The notes: generated by a model not told the origin, from the letters alone. DNA of 62,926 bases, filler included, from Basidiobolus meristosporus CBS 931.73 (GCA_002104905.1; 3 parts of 3 records of this genome joined end to end with filler, not necessarily neighbours in it); one strand, 5' to 3'; shown: positions 12,427-25,300, counted from the whole stretch's first letter. Translations and numbers: made by a program.

Positions 12427-14423
12427 CTAAATGTTCATACTGACTAGTCCTAATTTTGACCTAAGATATTCAAACTTGTCTCTAGCTAATGGTTTGGTAA
12501 ATATGTCTGCAATCATTTCATCTGTAGGACAGTAAACTAATCTAACTAAGTTACTCTCTATAGCTTCACATATGAAATGATGTCTAATATCTATGTGCTT
12601 GGTTCTAGCATGAAAAGTTGGATTTCTACCTAATTGTATACATCCTTGGTTATCTTGAAATAAAGTAATAGGCGTTTTTTGACATAGGCCTAAATCTGTA
12701 AACAGCTTTCTTAACCACATTGCTTCTTTTGTAGCCTCACAGGCTGCCATATATTCTGCCTCTGTAGTAGAAAGTGCTACGGTTGGTTGCTTTCTTGAAT
12801 TCCATGAAATTGCTCCTTTACAGTAAAGAAAGGTGTATCCTGTGGTGGATCTTCTGTCTTCTAAATTTTGTCCCCAATCAGCATCAGAGTATCCCACAAG
12901 ATCCTGTTCTGAATCCTTATAAGTGTATCTTAAGCAGATATCAGCAGTTCCTTTTAGGTATCTAAAAATCCGCTTAACTGCTGCAATATGATCAGATCCA
13001 TAATTCTGATTATGTTGGCTGACAACTCCCACTGAATATGAGATATCTGGACGTGTTCCAAGCATGATATACATCAGACTGCCTACCATAGATTGATAAG
13101 GAAAGCCAGGGCTTTCAGATGGCACCAAGCTCTCTTGATTTGGTTGAGTTTTGACCAAGTTAAGGTTTGTCTCCATTGGGGTAGCTGCCGGTTTACAGTC
13201 TTCCATTTTGTACTTCTTTAGTATGTCTTGAATATACTTGGATTGGCTTAGGGTAATAGTCTGGGTACTTCTGTCTATGGAGAACTTAATCCCTAAGTAG
13301 TAACTGAGTTCTCCTAGATTGGACATCTTGAACTCCTTAGATAGGCTGGATTTAGTCTCTTCCAATGTTTCTAGGTTATTGGTGGCTATAATAAGATCAT
13401 CCACATATAGAGCTAATAGAACTGGATTTGCTCTATCTGGCTTATAGTATATACTATAGTCAGCATTACTCCTTTTGAAACTCAAAGATTCCAAATAAGA
13501 ATCTATCTTGCAATTCCAGGCTCTCGGTGATTGTTTGAGACCATATAGTGACTTTTTAAGCTTGCAGACCAAATGGGGGTTATCTTGGTCAACAAACCCA
13601 TCAGGCTGGTCCATATACACGTCCTCATCAAGTTCTCCATTCAAAAATGCAGTTTTTACATCCATTTGATGAATAAAAAACTTATATTTGGCTGCAATAG
13701 CCAATATTAATCTGATGGAATTAAACTTGGCTACTGGTGCAAAGGTCTCAGTATAGTCAAGTCCTTTTGTTTGAGAGTATCCTTTGGCTACAAGTCTTGC
13801 TTTGTATCTTTCAATTGTACCATCAGCCTTGTACTTTGTCTTGAAGATCCATCTGCATCCAATTGATTTTCGGTTGATTGGTAATTTGACTAAGTCCCAA
13901 GTTTGATTTTCCATCAGGGCCTGATATTCCTCAGTCATTGCAGATCTCCAAAACTTCGTCTGAGGGCTATTTAGGGCCTCTTTTACAGTCTGGGGTTCAT
14001 CAATATGGACTGAATAGGCATAGGCTAAGTTTGTACCCTCATTAATATAGTAACTTGGGCTATTTCTTGTCCGATTTGATCTCCGGGCATTTGATACTGG
14101 AATGATCACTTCTGGGATATTCCTGGGCACTGATTCTGGCTGAACCACGGTTGTAGAGTCCTCTGGAGTGAAAAAATTTTCATTGTTTTGCTCTGGTTCA
14201 ATCCTGACAATTGGTGGACTTGAGATCAAATTTTCGTCATCATCTGATGTCATTTTTTGTGAAAATTTTGAATTTTCATCAAACAACACATCCCTGGACT
14301 TGATCAGCTTCTTTGCTTCGGTATTGTAGAGTCTGTATGCCTTACTCTCATTGCAGTAGCCCAAAAATATGCATTTTACACTTTTTGGCTCAAATTTTGA
14401 CTGATTTCCGGCCAGTTTTTTTT
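12427..14423 (-). CDS. pol: Copia reverse transcriptase-RNase H part of gag-pol
   Basis: RYKARLVAKG, QMDVKTAFLNG, LYGLKQSPRAW, LYVDDLII, GYSDADW, STTEAEYMA and ADIFTKPL. The frame is open to the stop just before the PPT. Confidence 0.95.
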
Positions 14424-16400
14424 GGCATATGCTGTACACCCAAATATTCTTAGATGTTCTGCACTTGGTCTGTGTCCATACCATGCTTCAAATGGAGTAG
14501 AATCACAAAGTATTCTGTTATAACTCCTATTTTTAAGATATACAGCAGTGGCAACTGATTCCGCCCAAAAATCATAGGATAATTTTTGATCATGGATCAT
14601 AGATCTTGCCATATCAATTATTGATCTGTTAGCTTGTTCTGCTACTCCATTTTGCTGTGGGGAGTGTGGTACAGTAGTCTCTTGCTTTATCCCATGAATT
14701 TTGCAGAAGTGGATGAAGAGTTTTGAGGTATATTCTCCACCATTGTCAGAGCGTATTTTCTTGATTTTTTCACCAGTTTCTCTCTCCACCATGGCTTTAA
14801 ACTCCCTTAGCTTAGACAGAGCTTCTTCCTTTCTCTCCATGAAGTAGACCCATGTGTATCTTGTATAATCATCAATAAAAGTGATTAAATACTTCATCCC
14901 ACCTAAGGATAAATTTTGCATAGGTCCACACAGATCTGAGTGAATTAGATCTAATTTTTTCTTAGTTTTGATTAACCCAGAGCTCTTGAACGGTTGTCTG
15001 GCTTGTTTCCCATATATGCAGGCTTCACAGTGCTCCAAATTAGCTGGGGGATCAATTTTCACTCCAGAAATTAGCTGATCTTTGATCATTTTACGCAAAT
15101 AATCAAAATTGATGTGTCCAAATCTCCTGTGCCAAAGCATTGGTGTTTCTTCATTTAAGTTACTTATATTGGCTTCCAGATATGATGGAATATAAGTCAA
15201 CTTGTATAGGTTCTGATCTCTGATGCCCGAAGCAATATGAGCACCATTTTGATCAGTGATCCTGCATCCAGAATTGTCAAAACTGAAACTGAGTCCTTCT
15301 GCTGTGGCCTTGCTTACAGAGAGTAGGTTCTTGGCTATTTCTGGTACATAGAGTACTTCTTTAAAGGTCAGTGTATGGCTTCCTTCACTGCTTCTAAGGT
15401 TTACTTGGATAGTTCCTTCTCCCACTGCATCAAGTGTTCTATCGTCACCCATGAAAACCTTCTTAATTGGGATTTCTTGATATTGGGTAAAAAGTTCTTT
15501 TTGGTGTGTAAAGTGTTGAGAAGCTCCAGAGTCAATATACCACGTCTGAGAATCCTTGTTTGTGGTCATATTTAGTGCAGATATGAATAGTCTGTCTTCA
15601 CTTGTTGCAGCATTTCCATATTCAGGCTTCTTTTGCTGATAATCTCTCTTTTTGAAACACCGGTCTGATGTGTGTCCTTTCCTTTTGCAGTAGTTGCAAA
15701 ATAGGTTGCTGTTGCCTTTGTAGGGTCTTGGGTACCTCCTTTGTTGGTTATCATTGCTTATTAAAGCATTTTCTTCTTCCTTCTTATTGGCGCTTGATTT
15801 TCTTAATTCTTCATCCAGGAGCCTTCCATATACGTAATTTAAGGTCAAATCTTCAGTTCTGGACTCTAGGGCTGATACAAGGTCCTGAAACTTGTCTGTC
15901 AGGCTATTCAGGATGGTAACTATCACATCCTCATCAGTAGTTGGTACGCCCACAGATTCCATCTCATCTACCAGCAGGGTAATTCTGTTAATTAGATTTT
16001 TCATTTCTTCTCCTGGCAGCATCTTTGTAGTAAAGAATTTTCTTCTCAGATACATTTTCTTGGCAGCTGAACATGACTGGTAGGTGTCTTCTAATGCTTT
16101 CCAGGCATTCTTTGCCGTTTTTGCTCTTGAGCATTGAATTAGCAATTTGTCCTTGACATTAAGGCAAATGCAGTTAAAGGCACTTTGTTCTTTCTTCTGG
16201 TACTTTAAGGCTTCCTCTCCCACGTTTTTAGGAGGGCATTCTTCTCCCATGACAATATCCCAAAGGCCTCTTTCTTGCAGCAGCATCTTCATCTTCACCT
16301 TCCACACTTGGTAGTTAGATCCATCCAACTTTTCAGCAGAGGGACAAATTCCAGTAATAGCAGTAGTAGACATTGCAGAGAGTGACAGCTTGGGGCTCAT
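14376..16400 (-). CDS. gag-pol: Copia gag-protease-integrase part of gag-pol (continues into RT after a homopolymer frameshift)
   Basis: KLDGSNYQVW, CCHC knuckle CNYCKRKGHTSDRC, protease WYIDSGASQH, HHCC LWHRRFGH..CEAC, and integrase HSDLCGP/SDNGGEY/QNGVAE. The ATG is taken at 16400, inside the PBS. Confidence 0.93.
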   Translation of the reverse strand: MSPKLSLSAMSTTAITGICPSAEKLDGSNYQVWKVKMKMLLQERGLWDIVMGEECPPKNVGEEALKYQKKEQSAFNCICLNVKDKLLIQCSRAKTAKNAWKALEDTYQSCSAAKKMYLRRKFFTTKMLPGEEMKNLINRITLLVDEMESVGVPTTDEDVIVTILNSLTDKFQDLVSALESRTEDLTLNYVYGRLLDEELRKSSANKKEEENALISNDNQQRRYPRPYKGNSNLFCNYCKRKGHTSDRCFKKRDYQQKKPEYGNAATSEDRLFISALNMTTNKDSQTWYIDSGASQHFTHQKELFTQYQEIPIKKVFMGDDRTLDAVGEGTIQVNLRSSEGSHTLTFKEVLYVPEIAKNLLSVSKATAEGLSFSFDNSGCRITDQNGAHIASGIRDQNLYKLTYIPSYLEANISNLNEETPMLWHRRFGHINFDYLRKMIKDQLISGVKIDPPANLEHCEACIYGKQARQPFKSSGLIKTKKKLDLIHSDLCGPMQNLSLGGMKYLITFIDDYTRYTWVYFMERKEEALSKLREFKAMVERETGEKIKKIRSDNGGEYTSKLFIHFCKIHGIKQETTVPHSPQQNGVAEQANRSIIDMARSMIHDQKLSYDFWAESVATAVYLKNRSYNRILCDSTPFEAWYGHRPSAEHLRIFGCTAYAKKNWPEISQNLSQKV

Positions 16401-16404
16401 AACC
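16393..16404 (-). promoter_or_regulatory. Copia PBS of the GGTTATG(G/A)GCCC type (initiator-tRNA-Met fragment priming)
   Basis: Directly abuts the 5' LTR and is the same type as the Drosophila copia PBS GGTTATGGGCCC. It is also present at 28627 and 43802-43813. Confidence 0.8.
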
Positions 16405-16931
16405 TGTTGTAAGAGTCTTGGAGATATTGGAAGTGATTGGGAGAACAAGTAGATTATGTGGTTTTCACTTAATGATTTATTGAATGTAAAAGTGGTATTT
16501 ATACTTTTACCTGGTCTTGGCATTACAAACACGTAGAATAGGTTAAGGAAGGTCCCAAGAACATGTGTGCAAAGTTTGGGGCTGTTTGGACAACTTTGAG
16601 AATTTTCATGTTCTGGGTACCTGGTATTTTGGTGAAAATATTCTAAGTAAATCCCGACAAGGAATTTGGTCAGTATTTTCTAGGATTTGAAGGTAATGAT
16701 CTAAGTGACTAAGTTAGGTGAATATTTAGGTGGAAATACAAATTTTTTACAACAGTTTTCCCTTGACAAGCTTGTGGCTTTATTCCCCTTCACATTAGAT
16801 TAGAGACAGAACCCAAGTATTCCTAGCAAGCTTTTGCCAGAGGTTATTGCACCCAGTGAACACCCCACACACAAAACACTTGAGAAGTGTTGGACATATC
16901 TCTCCCTTGGACCTATACACCACCACATATT

Positions 16932-16948
16932 TGGCACCCAACGTGGGG
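16932..16948 (+). promoter_or_regulatory. Gypsy PBS, tRNA-Lys type
   Basis: tggcacccaacgtgggg lies 4 nt after the LTR. It matches the Lys1,2 PBS TGGCGCCCAACGTGGGG with one CpG-type G>A change. Confidence 0.85.
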
Positions 16949-17067
16949 GGTTCATACAAGCTCCCTAGGACCCAACAAGATTTACCTGAAGATTTGAGCT
17001 GTTATCCACCTATTGAAAAGAGACTACCGATATAACCAAGATTACAACACCAACCTACCTGCCCAAC

Positions 17068-20000
17068 ATGAACTCTATGCCATTACCACTCTCACATGGA
17101 GCCCCACAGTTTGATGGAAAGAATGTGGAAAGCTTATATATTCAAATGGGAGAAGCTCTGCAAGATGTGCAGCCTATCTGAACAAGAAATGGCTGAAGAC
17201 TTCCCCTACTACTGCACCGGTGATATTACCACTAAGCTCTTCAGACAAGGAGACATTCTCACTGACTGGGCCTTAATGAAGACCTACCTACAGACCGAGT
17301 ATGGTAGACCCCAGATATACTATGGAATTGAAGACCTCAGGCACTTTGGAAGAACTGGACTTTCCAAGCTACCACTTGAAGAGTTCATTCAACAGTATGA
17401 AGATATGGCCAAGCCACTCCTAGAGTCCCAGGCTATAACTGAGTTTACCATGACACTTTACCTTGCACAAGGGCTTCCCCAGGACTTGGCAAGGAAAGTT
17501 GACTTACATGCAGCCAAGGATGACAAGTCTGGCATTCCTTGCTTTGCAGAGGTGAAACGTGTTCTCCTAGAGGCAAAGCAAACTTCTACCTTTATGAGAC
17601 TCCTGACATCTAATCTGCCAGACCAGTCAACCAAGGAGCCAAGGAGTGCTGCTGCTGACAATCAGACCTACACTACCGACAGAATTGACCAACTTGCTGA
17701 ACAGCTACAGAAGCTAGCCCTCAAGATTAATGGCTCAGCTGAGGTTCCTACTGAGGGACAAAGACCTTTGCCCAGGCACTGCATCTGGTGTAACTCTACT
17801 CAGCATGCCAGACAAGAATGCTCAGAGCTTAGTCAGCTACTCAGAGAAGGAGCAGTACAGTTTGATGCTGATGGAATGCTTGCTGACAAGGAAGGAAGAA
17901 GGATTCCCACTAATTTCCGAAGAGGAGGGATGAGAGCCCTTTTCCATAAATCTGACTCAGCAACCAGAAAGATTACTGTTGATGCCCCTATTGGGACTCA
18001 TAAAGTGAATCCAAGCAGCCCTGACAACAGACAATATGAAGTTGATGCCTTTGCTACCAAAAGACACCTCCCTGAAGAACCTGCCAAGCCCATCCTTAGA
18101 AGACCACGCTTTGAAGAACCTGAAGTTGTTATTGACAAGAGGCCTAGTATGCTGCCCACCCAAGATCCATTGCCTCACTTTCAGATGACCTCAAAGATAG
18201 CAAGCTACTCAAGCCCTCAACTGATTACTGAGAAGCTGCTGAAGCAGAACCTCACTTTGTCGGTTGGAGAAATCATGAGTGTATCCCCATCTGTTAGGAA
18301 GACCTTTGATGAGCAGCTTAGAACAAGACAACAAGCTGTTGAACATATGGACACCCATATAATTCAGACAAACCATGAAGACCACCAAAATGATGACAAC
18401 ACTACTGAATATAAGACCTTTTACTCAGTTGCAACTGCTGTGGTAAAAGGGTATATATATGATGACCCTGTTGACTGCCATATTGACAGTGGCTCAGAGA
18501 TTTGTGTTATGCTGCTAGACTTCTGGAAGACACTTAAAAGCAAGGAGCTACTGCCTGTTGATAGAAATATTGGATGGAACATGACCAATGCAAACTCAGG
18601 ATCTAGTCCACTCTATGGTGTAGTACACAAGTTCCCTATTGAGGTACAAGGAATCAAGGTCTGGCTTCCCCTCTTCATCTGCCAGAAGGCAAACTTTGAC
18701 CTTCTGCTAGGTAGACCATGGGAGACCAGTACTAAGGCTACAACTACCAACTGTTCCGATGGGTCAGTATGGTACACCATACAAGGATCCAACCCAGGAC
18801 TACAGTCAACCTTCTGTGGTGTAACACCCAACAATAAGAGGACACATACTGCTTGCCAGAAGACACATCTTATTATGGAAGAAGATGAGGAGCCTGACAA
18901 TATACACCCCAACATTTGGAGCTGCTCATTAGGTATACAGGAGCAAACAGCTATGGTTTGAACAAAATACAAGACAGTAGAACAGAAGATTAGACCATCA
19001 CTTACCCCACTGACTGATGGATCTTGACCTGCTGATTACATTAGACCACCAGATGAAACACCAGATGATATACGACTTACACCTGAGAGACTTAAGCAAC
19101 TTATCATTGGTGATGGAAACCTTACACCAGAGGAGATACTATTATTTAAGGAGACCTTGAAAAGGCATGATAAGGTCTTCTCATATAACAACAAGGAGAT
19201 GGGACTCTTAAAGACATTGGTTGAAAAACCCATCAAGATTCATACAGTGCCCCACACACCCTGGTCATTTAAGCCTTACCCACTGCCCAGAGGACTCCAA
19301 GCTGATGTGCATGACCTACTTAAGAAGAAGATAGAAGCTGGTATCCTAGAGCCTTGCCATGGACCCTATGCTAACAGATGGTTTGTGACCAAAAAGAAGA
19401 ATGGAAAGCTCCGATTCATTCAAGACATGCAACCTGCAAATGCTGTCACTATCAGAGATGCTGCTATACCTCCATCTATTGATGACTTTGCAGAAAGCTT
19501 TAGTGGCCACTCCATCTACTCAGCATACAATCTCTACTCAGGATATGACCAGATTCCCCTTGATGAGACATCAAGAAATATGTTTGCACTAAAGACACCA
19601 TTTGGACTATTAAGGATGACAAGACTCAGCCAAGGGGCTACAAACTCCGTGGCTCAGTTCCAGAGATGCATGGTGAATGTGCTATACCAGTTTATACCTG
19701 AGAAACTTGCTGTCTTTGTTGATGACACAGGCATCAAAGGACCAAAAACCCAGGACACCACTGAAGTCATGCCTGGAGTCAGAAAGTTTGTCTATGATCA
19801 TATTTCAGACAATGATGCCATATTAGGAGCCATTGAAGAAGCTGGACTCACCATCAGTGGTGAGAAAAGCAGCTTTGGTGTATCAGCGATATCCATTGTT
19901 GGACAAAAATGCAATACCTTTGGTTGCTCACCTGGAGATTCCAAGACACAAAAGATATGCAACTGGCCTACCCCCACAAATCTAACGTAAGCTCGTGGCT

Positions 20001-21922
20001 TTGTGGCCACTTGTGGGTTCTTTAAGATCTGGATCCCAAGATTTTCTCAGATAGCAGAACCAATTTACCGACTACAGAGAAAGAACACCCCATTTATCTG
20101 GGGAGAAGAGCAAGAAGAAGCCATGCAATTACTGAAAGAGGCCTTAGTATCTCCACCAGTTCTAAGACCTCTTGACTATCAAAACACTGAATGCCCACCT
20201 ATTTTGACAGTGGATGCAAGCCCCATAGGAGCTGGAGCACTACTTGGACAAGATGATGAAGATGGCAACCGCTATGCCTGCAGATATGAGAGCTGCCTAT
20301 TCTCTCCTAGAGAACAAAGATACTCACAGATTAAGAGAGAACTACTAGGAGTTGTGAAGATGCTGAGGAAACTGAAGTCACAACTCTACATGACACATTT
20401 TATCCTGGAGACAGATGCCAAGCCACTTATAGGAATGATCAACAAGCCTGACCTACCTGATGATGCCACAAACCGATGGATGGCATGGCTGAAAATGTTT
20501 GACTTTGAGGTCAAACATATCCCTTGCAAGACAAATGTTGTGGCTGATGCACTCTCCAGGAAGGGACCACAATTATTTGAAGACTTGGACCCTCACTTCG
20601 ATGATATTATTGATGCAGAGATCCGACAGATTGCCATCAAAGACCAAGAGAGAACTACCTGGAGTCTGATCAAGGAATATCTAAGGACACTTAAGAAACC
20701 TAGCTGGATGGATATTCAGGAGTTTAGAAAACTCAGGAAGAAGGCACACCACTACTGTCTTAAAGATGATCTTCTCTTTAAGCGAGTGAAGCCTGGACTT
20801 ATGCCAAGAAGAGTAGTCACTACCCCTCAGGAGCAACTGAACATCATGACAAGTATCCACCAAGGAGAACCAGGAGGACATAGAGGACAAGAAGCCACAT
20901 ACAATACTACAGCTCAGAGGTACTACTGGGAAAACATGTACTATGATATCCAACAATTTGTTGAGTCATGTGTAGCCTGACAGAAGAGATCCTCCAAGCG
21001 TTATGAAGAACCACTGCATCCTACTTACACAATCTGTCTATGGCAAAAGGTTGGCATTGACCTTGTCCACATGCCAACAGCTGAATCAAAAAAGTACCTG
21101 ATTGTTGCTAGAGATGACCTTAGTGGATGGGCAGAGGCTCGAGCCTTGCCCAACAACAAGAGCCATACCATATGGAGATTTATACTTGAAGACATCATCT
21201 GCAGATTTGGCTGCATCCGGCAGTTTGTTGCTGACAGAGGAGAGATGACATCCCAAATGATCCAGGAGTTGTGCTCAAAATACAAGATACACCTTGCTTT
21301 TACAACAGCTTACCACCCTCAAGCCAATGGAATGATAGAGAGAGGACATGGACCATTGGTGAACTCTCTTGTCAAGACTTATGAGAATAACACAACACTG
21401 TGGCCACAGCAATTACATCTAGCACTCTGGGCAGATAGAATTACTACCAAGAGAACAACTGGATTATCGCCATTCAAGCTACTCTATGGACATGACTGCA
21501 TACTACCAGTTGAGTTAAACACAGTCACTTGGAACTCATTGAATTGGAGATCCAATATGCAGACTGAAGACCTCCTTGCAACTTGCATACAGCAACTTGA
21601 TCACCATGACTTGAATATTAGCAGAGCTGCTGAACAACTTAAGGACACACGACTAAAGAACAAGGTGCCCTTTGACAAATCACACCCAACAAGGCCAAAA
21701 CCACTATCACTAGGAGACCCAGTATTACTCTATGATTCTACCTTGGACAAGCAATGGAGTCGGAAGTTTGACAAAAAATGGACTGGCCCCTACCTCATTT
21801 CCAAAGTGATTGGAAATGGAAGTTATTACATATCTGAGCTTGACAACACCCAGTTGAGAGCACCAGTTGCTGGAAATTGACTTAAGTTATTCAAGCATAG
21901 GAATTTCGCACATCAAGATTAG
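17068..21922 (+). pseudogene. gag-pol: Gypsy gag-pol single reading frame with one early frameshift and four in-frame stops
   Basis: The N-terminus MPLPLSHGAPQFDGKNVE is in another frame (extra A near 17129). Motifs: CCHC CIWCNSTQHARQEC, protease IDSGSEI, RT FVDD, RNase H TVDASP, integrase GGHRG..YW/GIDL/ADRGE/QANGMIERGH and GPY. ORFs 17096, 19157, 20003 and 21071 share one frame. No chromodomain was seen. Confidence 0.95.
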
Positions 21923-21947
21923 TTTGCTTTGACCCAAGTTCAAAGCT

Positions 21948-21961
21948 GAGAGGGGGGTGGA
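21948..21961 (+). promoter_or_regulatory. Gypsy polypurine tract
   Basis: gagaggggggtgga lies immediately before the 3' LTR. Confidence 0.85.
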
Positions 21962-23032
21962 TGTAGTGGGGTGACAGTGATACCCACTGACAGATGTGCT
22001 CATTCCCTTATTTTCTACTTCCCTATATCTCTACTACACTTATTTTAGTTTTATCCCATTTGTCTTACCCAATCAGTACTATCCCATAAGCCGGTTGACT
22101 ATCACACCTGCTTACCTTATTGCATAAGTTACCCCTCACTTTATGTAAGATTACTAGCTATAAGTACTTCTATATTAGGCAAGTACCCGCGCCATTACCC
22201 GTGACACATGATCAGCCCGTGTCACCATCCCTACCATTTCCATACCATATATGGTATCCCCATGTTACACAGGTTTCAGAATACTGATTCCTGATTGGTT
22301 GGATGTGCTGTGCCTCTTAGAACCTTCCGGCACCTACTTAGAACATTCTTAGGTCATCCTGATGTCATTAAGATTTCTATTGATATCCGGAACCTTCTGG
22401 AACACCATGATTAGTAATCACTTAGCCAGTAAGAAAAGTATATAAGGGAGGCTCTCCCTCAACAATAAATCATCATCCCTTTTATCAATATACCAACTTG
22501 TTGATTAGTGTGATCACTGCTACCTGCTGCTACCTGAACTTCCAACCCTAGACCACAGGACACTCCCAGGAAACCGCGCTGACAGCCAACTGACCTTGGA
22601 GGCACTACTTGTGAGGAATACTCAGAGTAGGTATCTTTTATTATATTTGATTCTTTCCCAAGTTTGTTCTTGTACAGGCAAAAATACTTTTCTGTCTTTG
22701 TAACTATTGACCACAGCTGCATTCTTATCAAGTCCCTGCTGGTGGAGTTTACAGTTGTTTTGACTTTGGAAGCTTTAGTACATTGTCATCTCAAAGGACG
22801 CTGAACCCAGCACATACTTTTGTTAAGACGCCAACTAAGTTGGGGATTGTAGCTCAATAGTTTTCCCTTGACAAGCTTGTGGCTTTATTCCCCTTCACAT
22901 TAGATTAGAGACAGAACCCAAGTATTCCTAGCAAGCTTTTGCCAGAGGTTATTGCACCCAGTGAACACCCCACACACAAAACACTTGAGAAGTGCTGGAC
23001 ATATCTCTCCCTTGGACCTATACACCACCACA
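21962..23032 (+). repeat. Gypsy 3' LTR (1071 bp)
   Basis: Uninterrupted counterpart of the 5' LTR. It shows the pre-insertion Copia target caatagttttccc. Confidence 0.97.
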
Positions 23033-23331
23033 ACGTTGAGTAGCTTCTTACAATAACCACATGGTTTTTTTCCCTTCTCTTATAGTGATGAATCAAGGTA
23101 GTGCTGTCCATGGGCATACAGCTTGACACTGATCAAGTAGTGCTATTATATCACTTTTTGATCATCACGTATGTGATTTCAAGACAGTCTTGCATTTCAA
23201 AAATTGCACCTACATGAGTGTAATGTTTAAAGATGACCTACCATAATAATTATCATATATAAAGCTGTGGCACCATATACACACATATATGTAGTACTAT
23301 TTCCCACTTAGTATTACTCTCTTCCAAATAT

Positions 23332-25300
23332 ATGCTGCCAAAAAATAAAGCAAAATTGACTGTTACACAACCAAACCCCATTGCAAACAATAGCAGAAAA
23401 ATAGTTGGACAGCAACTTTCTTTGACATTGAGTGCCACAAGTAGGGCTACATCCAAAAATGCTCATGTTGACAGTGTGCCCACTGAAGGTAATACTGTGG
23501 ACTGCTCAGGTTCTCAGTCAAGTAGGCATATGTGAATCTCTGCAGAGCTGCAAGCTGACCAAAGTACTTAAGCAGATGAGAATGTTGCAAGTTCAGGACC
23601 TCCAGTAGAAGGCCAGTAAATGACAGTCAGAACATCACCACTACCCATAATATCAAGTATGTTGTCACCTCATACTAAAGCATTAATGAGGCAATTAGGT
23701 GCAGTGGCTGATAGGATATGGCCTGGAGAAATTAATGAATAGTCCAGAGTCAGGATGAGCAGATAGTACATATAGAGCAACTGATATCCCAGGTTGAGAA
23801 TGCATTATCTTGACTGCAAAGAAGGAACTCAGATAGTTCAATTTCACAGCCAAGAAGCACTGTGTAGTTTTTGAAGCACAACAACAGTTCCCAAAGATAA
23901 AGCTCATAGAAGACCTATCACAGCATGGGAGGGAGAGACTGTGGTGTTTATACCAAAGCCTAAAAATCAAAAGAAATTGATGATATGTGAAGTTGTCAAG
24001 TTCAATGGGGAAGAATGGACTAATATTCAAGAGTCTACAAGATGTCTAGCACTGCATCACCTCAAGGCCAGCATACCATGGGACCATCATGCACTCAACA
24101 CCAGGCAGAAGGTGCTTGATTCATGAGCATCATCCTGGACTCAAGCAAGCAAATGAATTTTGTACCAGCATTCATATGTTAAAGAAGTATCTCAAGAATA
24201 GCTGAAACTGGCAAATGCAGACATACAAGGGTGCCATGGCTAAAAACCAGTGGCTTTGTCAAGGGCTTGTAACCAGCAGGGTTGAAAGCTTCAATCAATT
24301 AGCAGGGAAATTTGAGGTAGGCAGGAGAGTGCCAGAAAGGGACAAGCAGGCTTACACAGTTGTATGAATGCAGCAATTATCAAGGAAAAACCATAGCTCA
24401 ATCAAAGAAGCACTCAGTCAAAGTAGCAGTGAAGGATCTGGCAGTGATGCAAACCCACAGCTTTTGCAGGAGCCTGTCACAAGCAGGGCTGAAAGCTCCA
24501 AACAAGTAGCAAAGAAGTTTCTCATTGCCACGGGAGAGCCAGCAAGGGACAAGCAGGCAAAAGCAGAAGCACAAATGCAGCATTCATCAAGGAACAACAT
24601 AGTACAATAAAAGAAGCACTCAGTCAAAGCAGTAGTGACAGAATTGGCAGTGATTAAAGTAAAGATAATTGAAAAAAAAGTCTACCCGGCCAGAGACATA
24701 GAAGTGTGAGAAAAAAGCTGCAGCTCTCACCATTTATGCTGTCAGCACAGAACAGGCTGAATTCTTTAATAGTCATCAAGAATTACCAACCAGATAATAG
24801 CTGTGTTCTCAAAAGCTGGAAGTGCAGTCAATTGAGCAACACTCTGGTTAAGTTGATGAGCTTGCAGAGAAAAGCAACAATGTCAAGAGCTCAAAAGACT
24901 ATTACTCTGCCTACTGTGGAACTTTGGAGCATTAATAGGCACACCAAGAGGTTGCTGCTTTTCATCATGAACTGTGCTCAAGAAAACGCACTTGAATATT
25001 ACAAGAGCTTATTGCAAAGACTGACAGATGAGATGCTTAGCCTTGAAGTGCTGGTAAAAGCTAGAACATATGGGAACCAGTAAAGGAACAGTGACATAAG
25101 GCCACATGGTTCCCACCAAAGTCATGAAAAAAGGGTGTTACAGCAGAAATACTTGTTGAATGGTGGATTTTAATGGAATTGTTTGTTGATGGTAGGGTTG
25201 GGCTTAATGTCAGTGTTAGGTATAGGGACTTGCATAGGCCAATACAATTGGCAATTGAGTTACAACTGCAGAGTGAAATGAAATAAACCAATTTATATGC
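23332..25300 (+). pseudogene. CACTA-family ORF2 remnant (unknown function)
   Basis: Starts MLPKNKAKL, homologous to MPPKNKAKL at 47050 minus. It includes the 207-bp tandem repeat and a conserved C-terminal block. Confidence 0.75.

Larger units (their letters stand above)
12066..16754 (-). mobile_element. Ty1/Copia element, very young (copy 1)
   Basis: The 350-bp LTRs at 12066-12415 and 16405-16754 appear identical. TSD gtttt is at 12061-12065 and 16755-16759. PBS ggttatgagccc and PPT gagtgggag are present. Confidence 0.98.
11163..16927 (+). repeat. Gypsy 5' LTR, split by Copia insertion (11163-12065 + 16760-16927)
   Basis: 903 + 168 = 1071 bp, matching the 3' LTR. About a dozen substitutions were seen by eye. 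Confidence 0.97.
11163..23032 (+). mobile_element. Full-length Ty3/Gypsy LTR retrotransposon (about 7.2 kb without the nested Copia)
   Basis: Two 1071-bp LTRs (tgtagt...ccaca), PBS, PPT and gag-PR-RT-RH-INT domain order. The 4-bp TSD is acat (11159-11162) / acgt (23033-23036). Confidence 0.97.

Noticed and set aside
14416-14423. Programmed ribosomal frameshift between Copia INT and RT
   Set aside because: Copy 2 has A6 and is in frame at this site, and Copia elements normally encode one ORF. This is a homopolymer indel.
16401-16532. LTR-encoded 44-aa N-terminal extension of Copia gag (MFVMPRPGK...)
   Set aside because: It is in frame only in copy 1. A 1-bp indel (cccaatcac vs cccaaatcac) breaks it in copies 2 and 3, so it is a chance read-through.
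18959-21880. Programmed stop-codon read-through in Gypsy pol
   Set aside because: There are four stops at positions unrelated to a gag/pol boundary, and at least two are explained by CGA>TGA decay.
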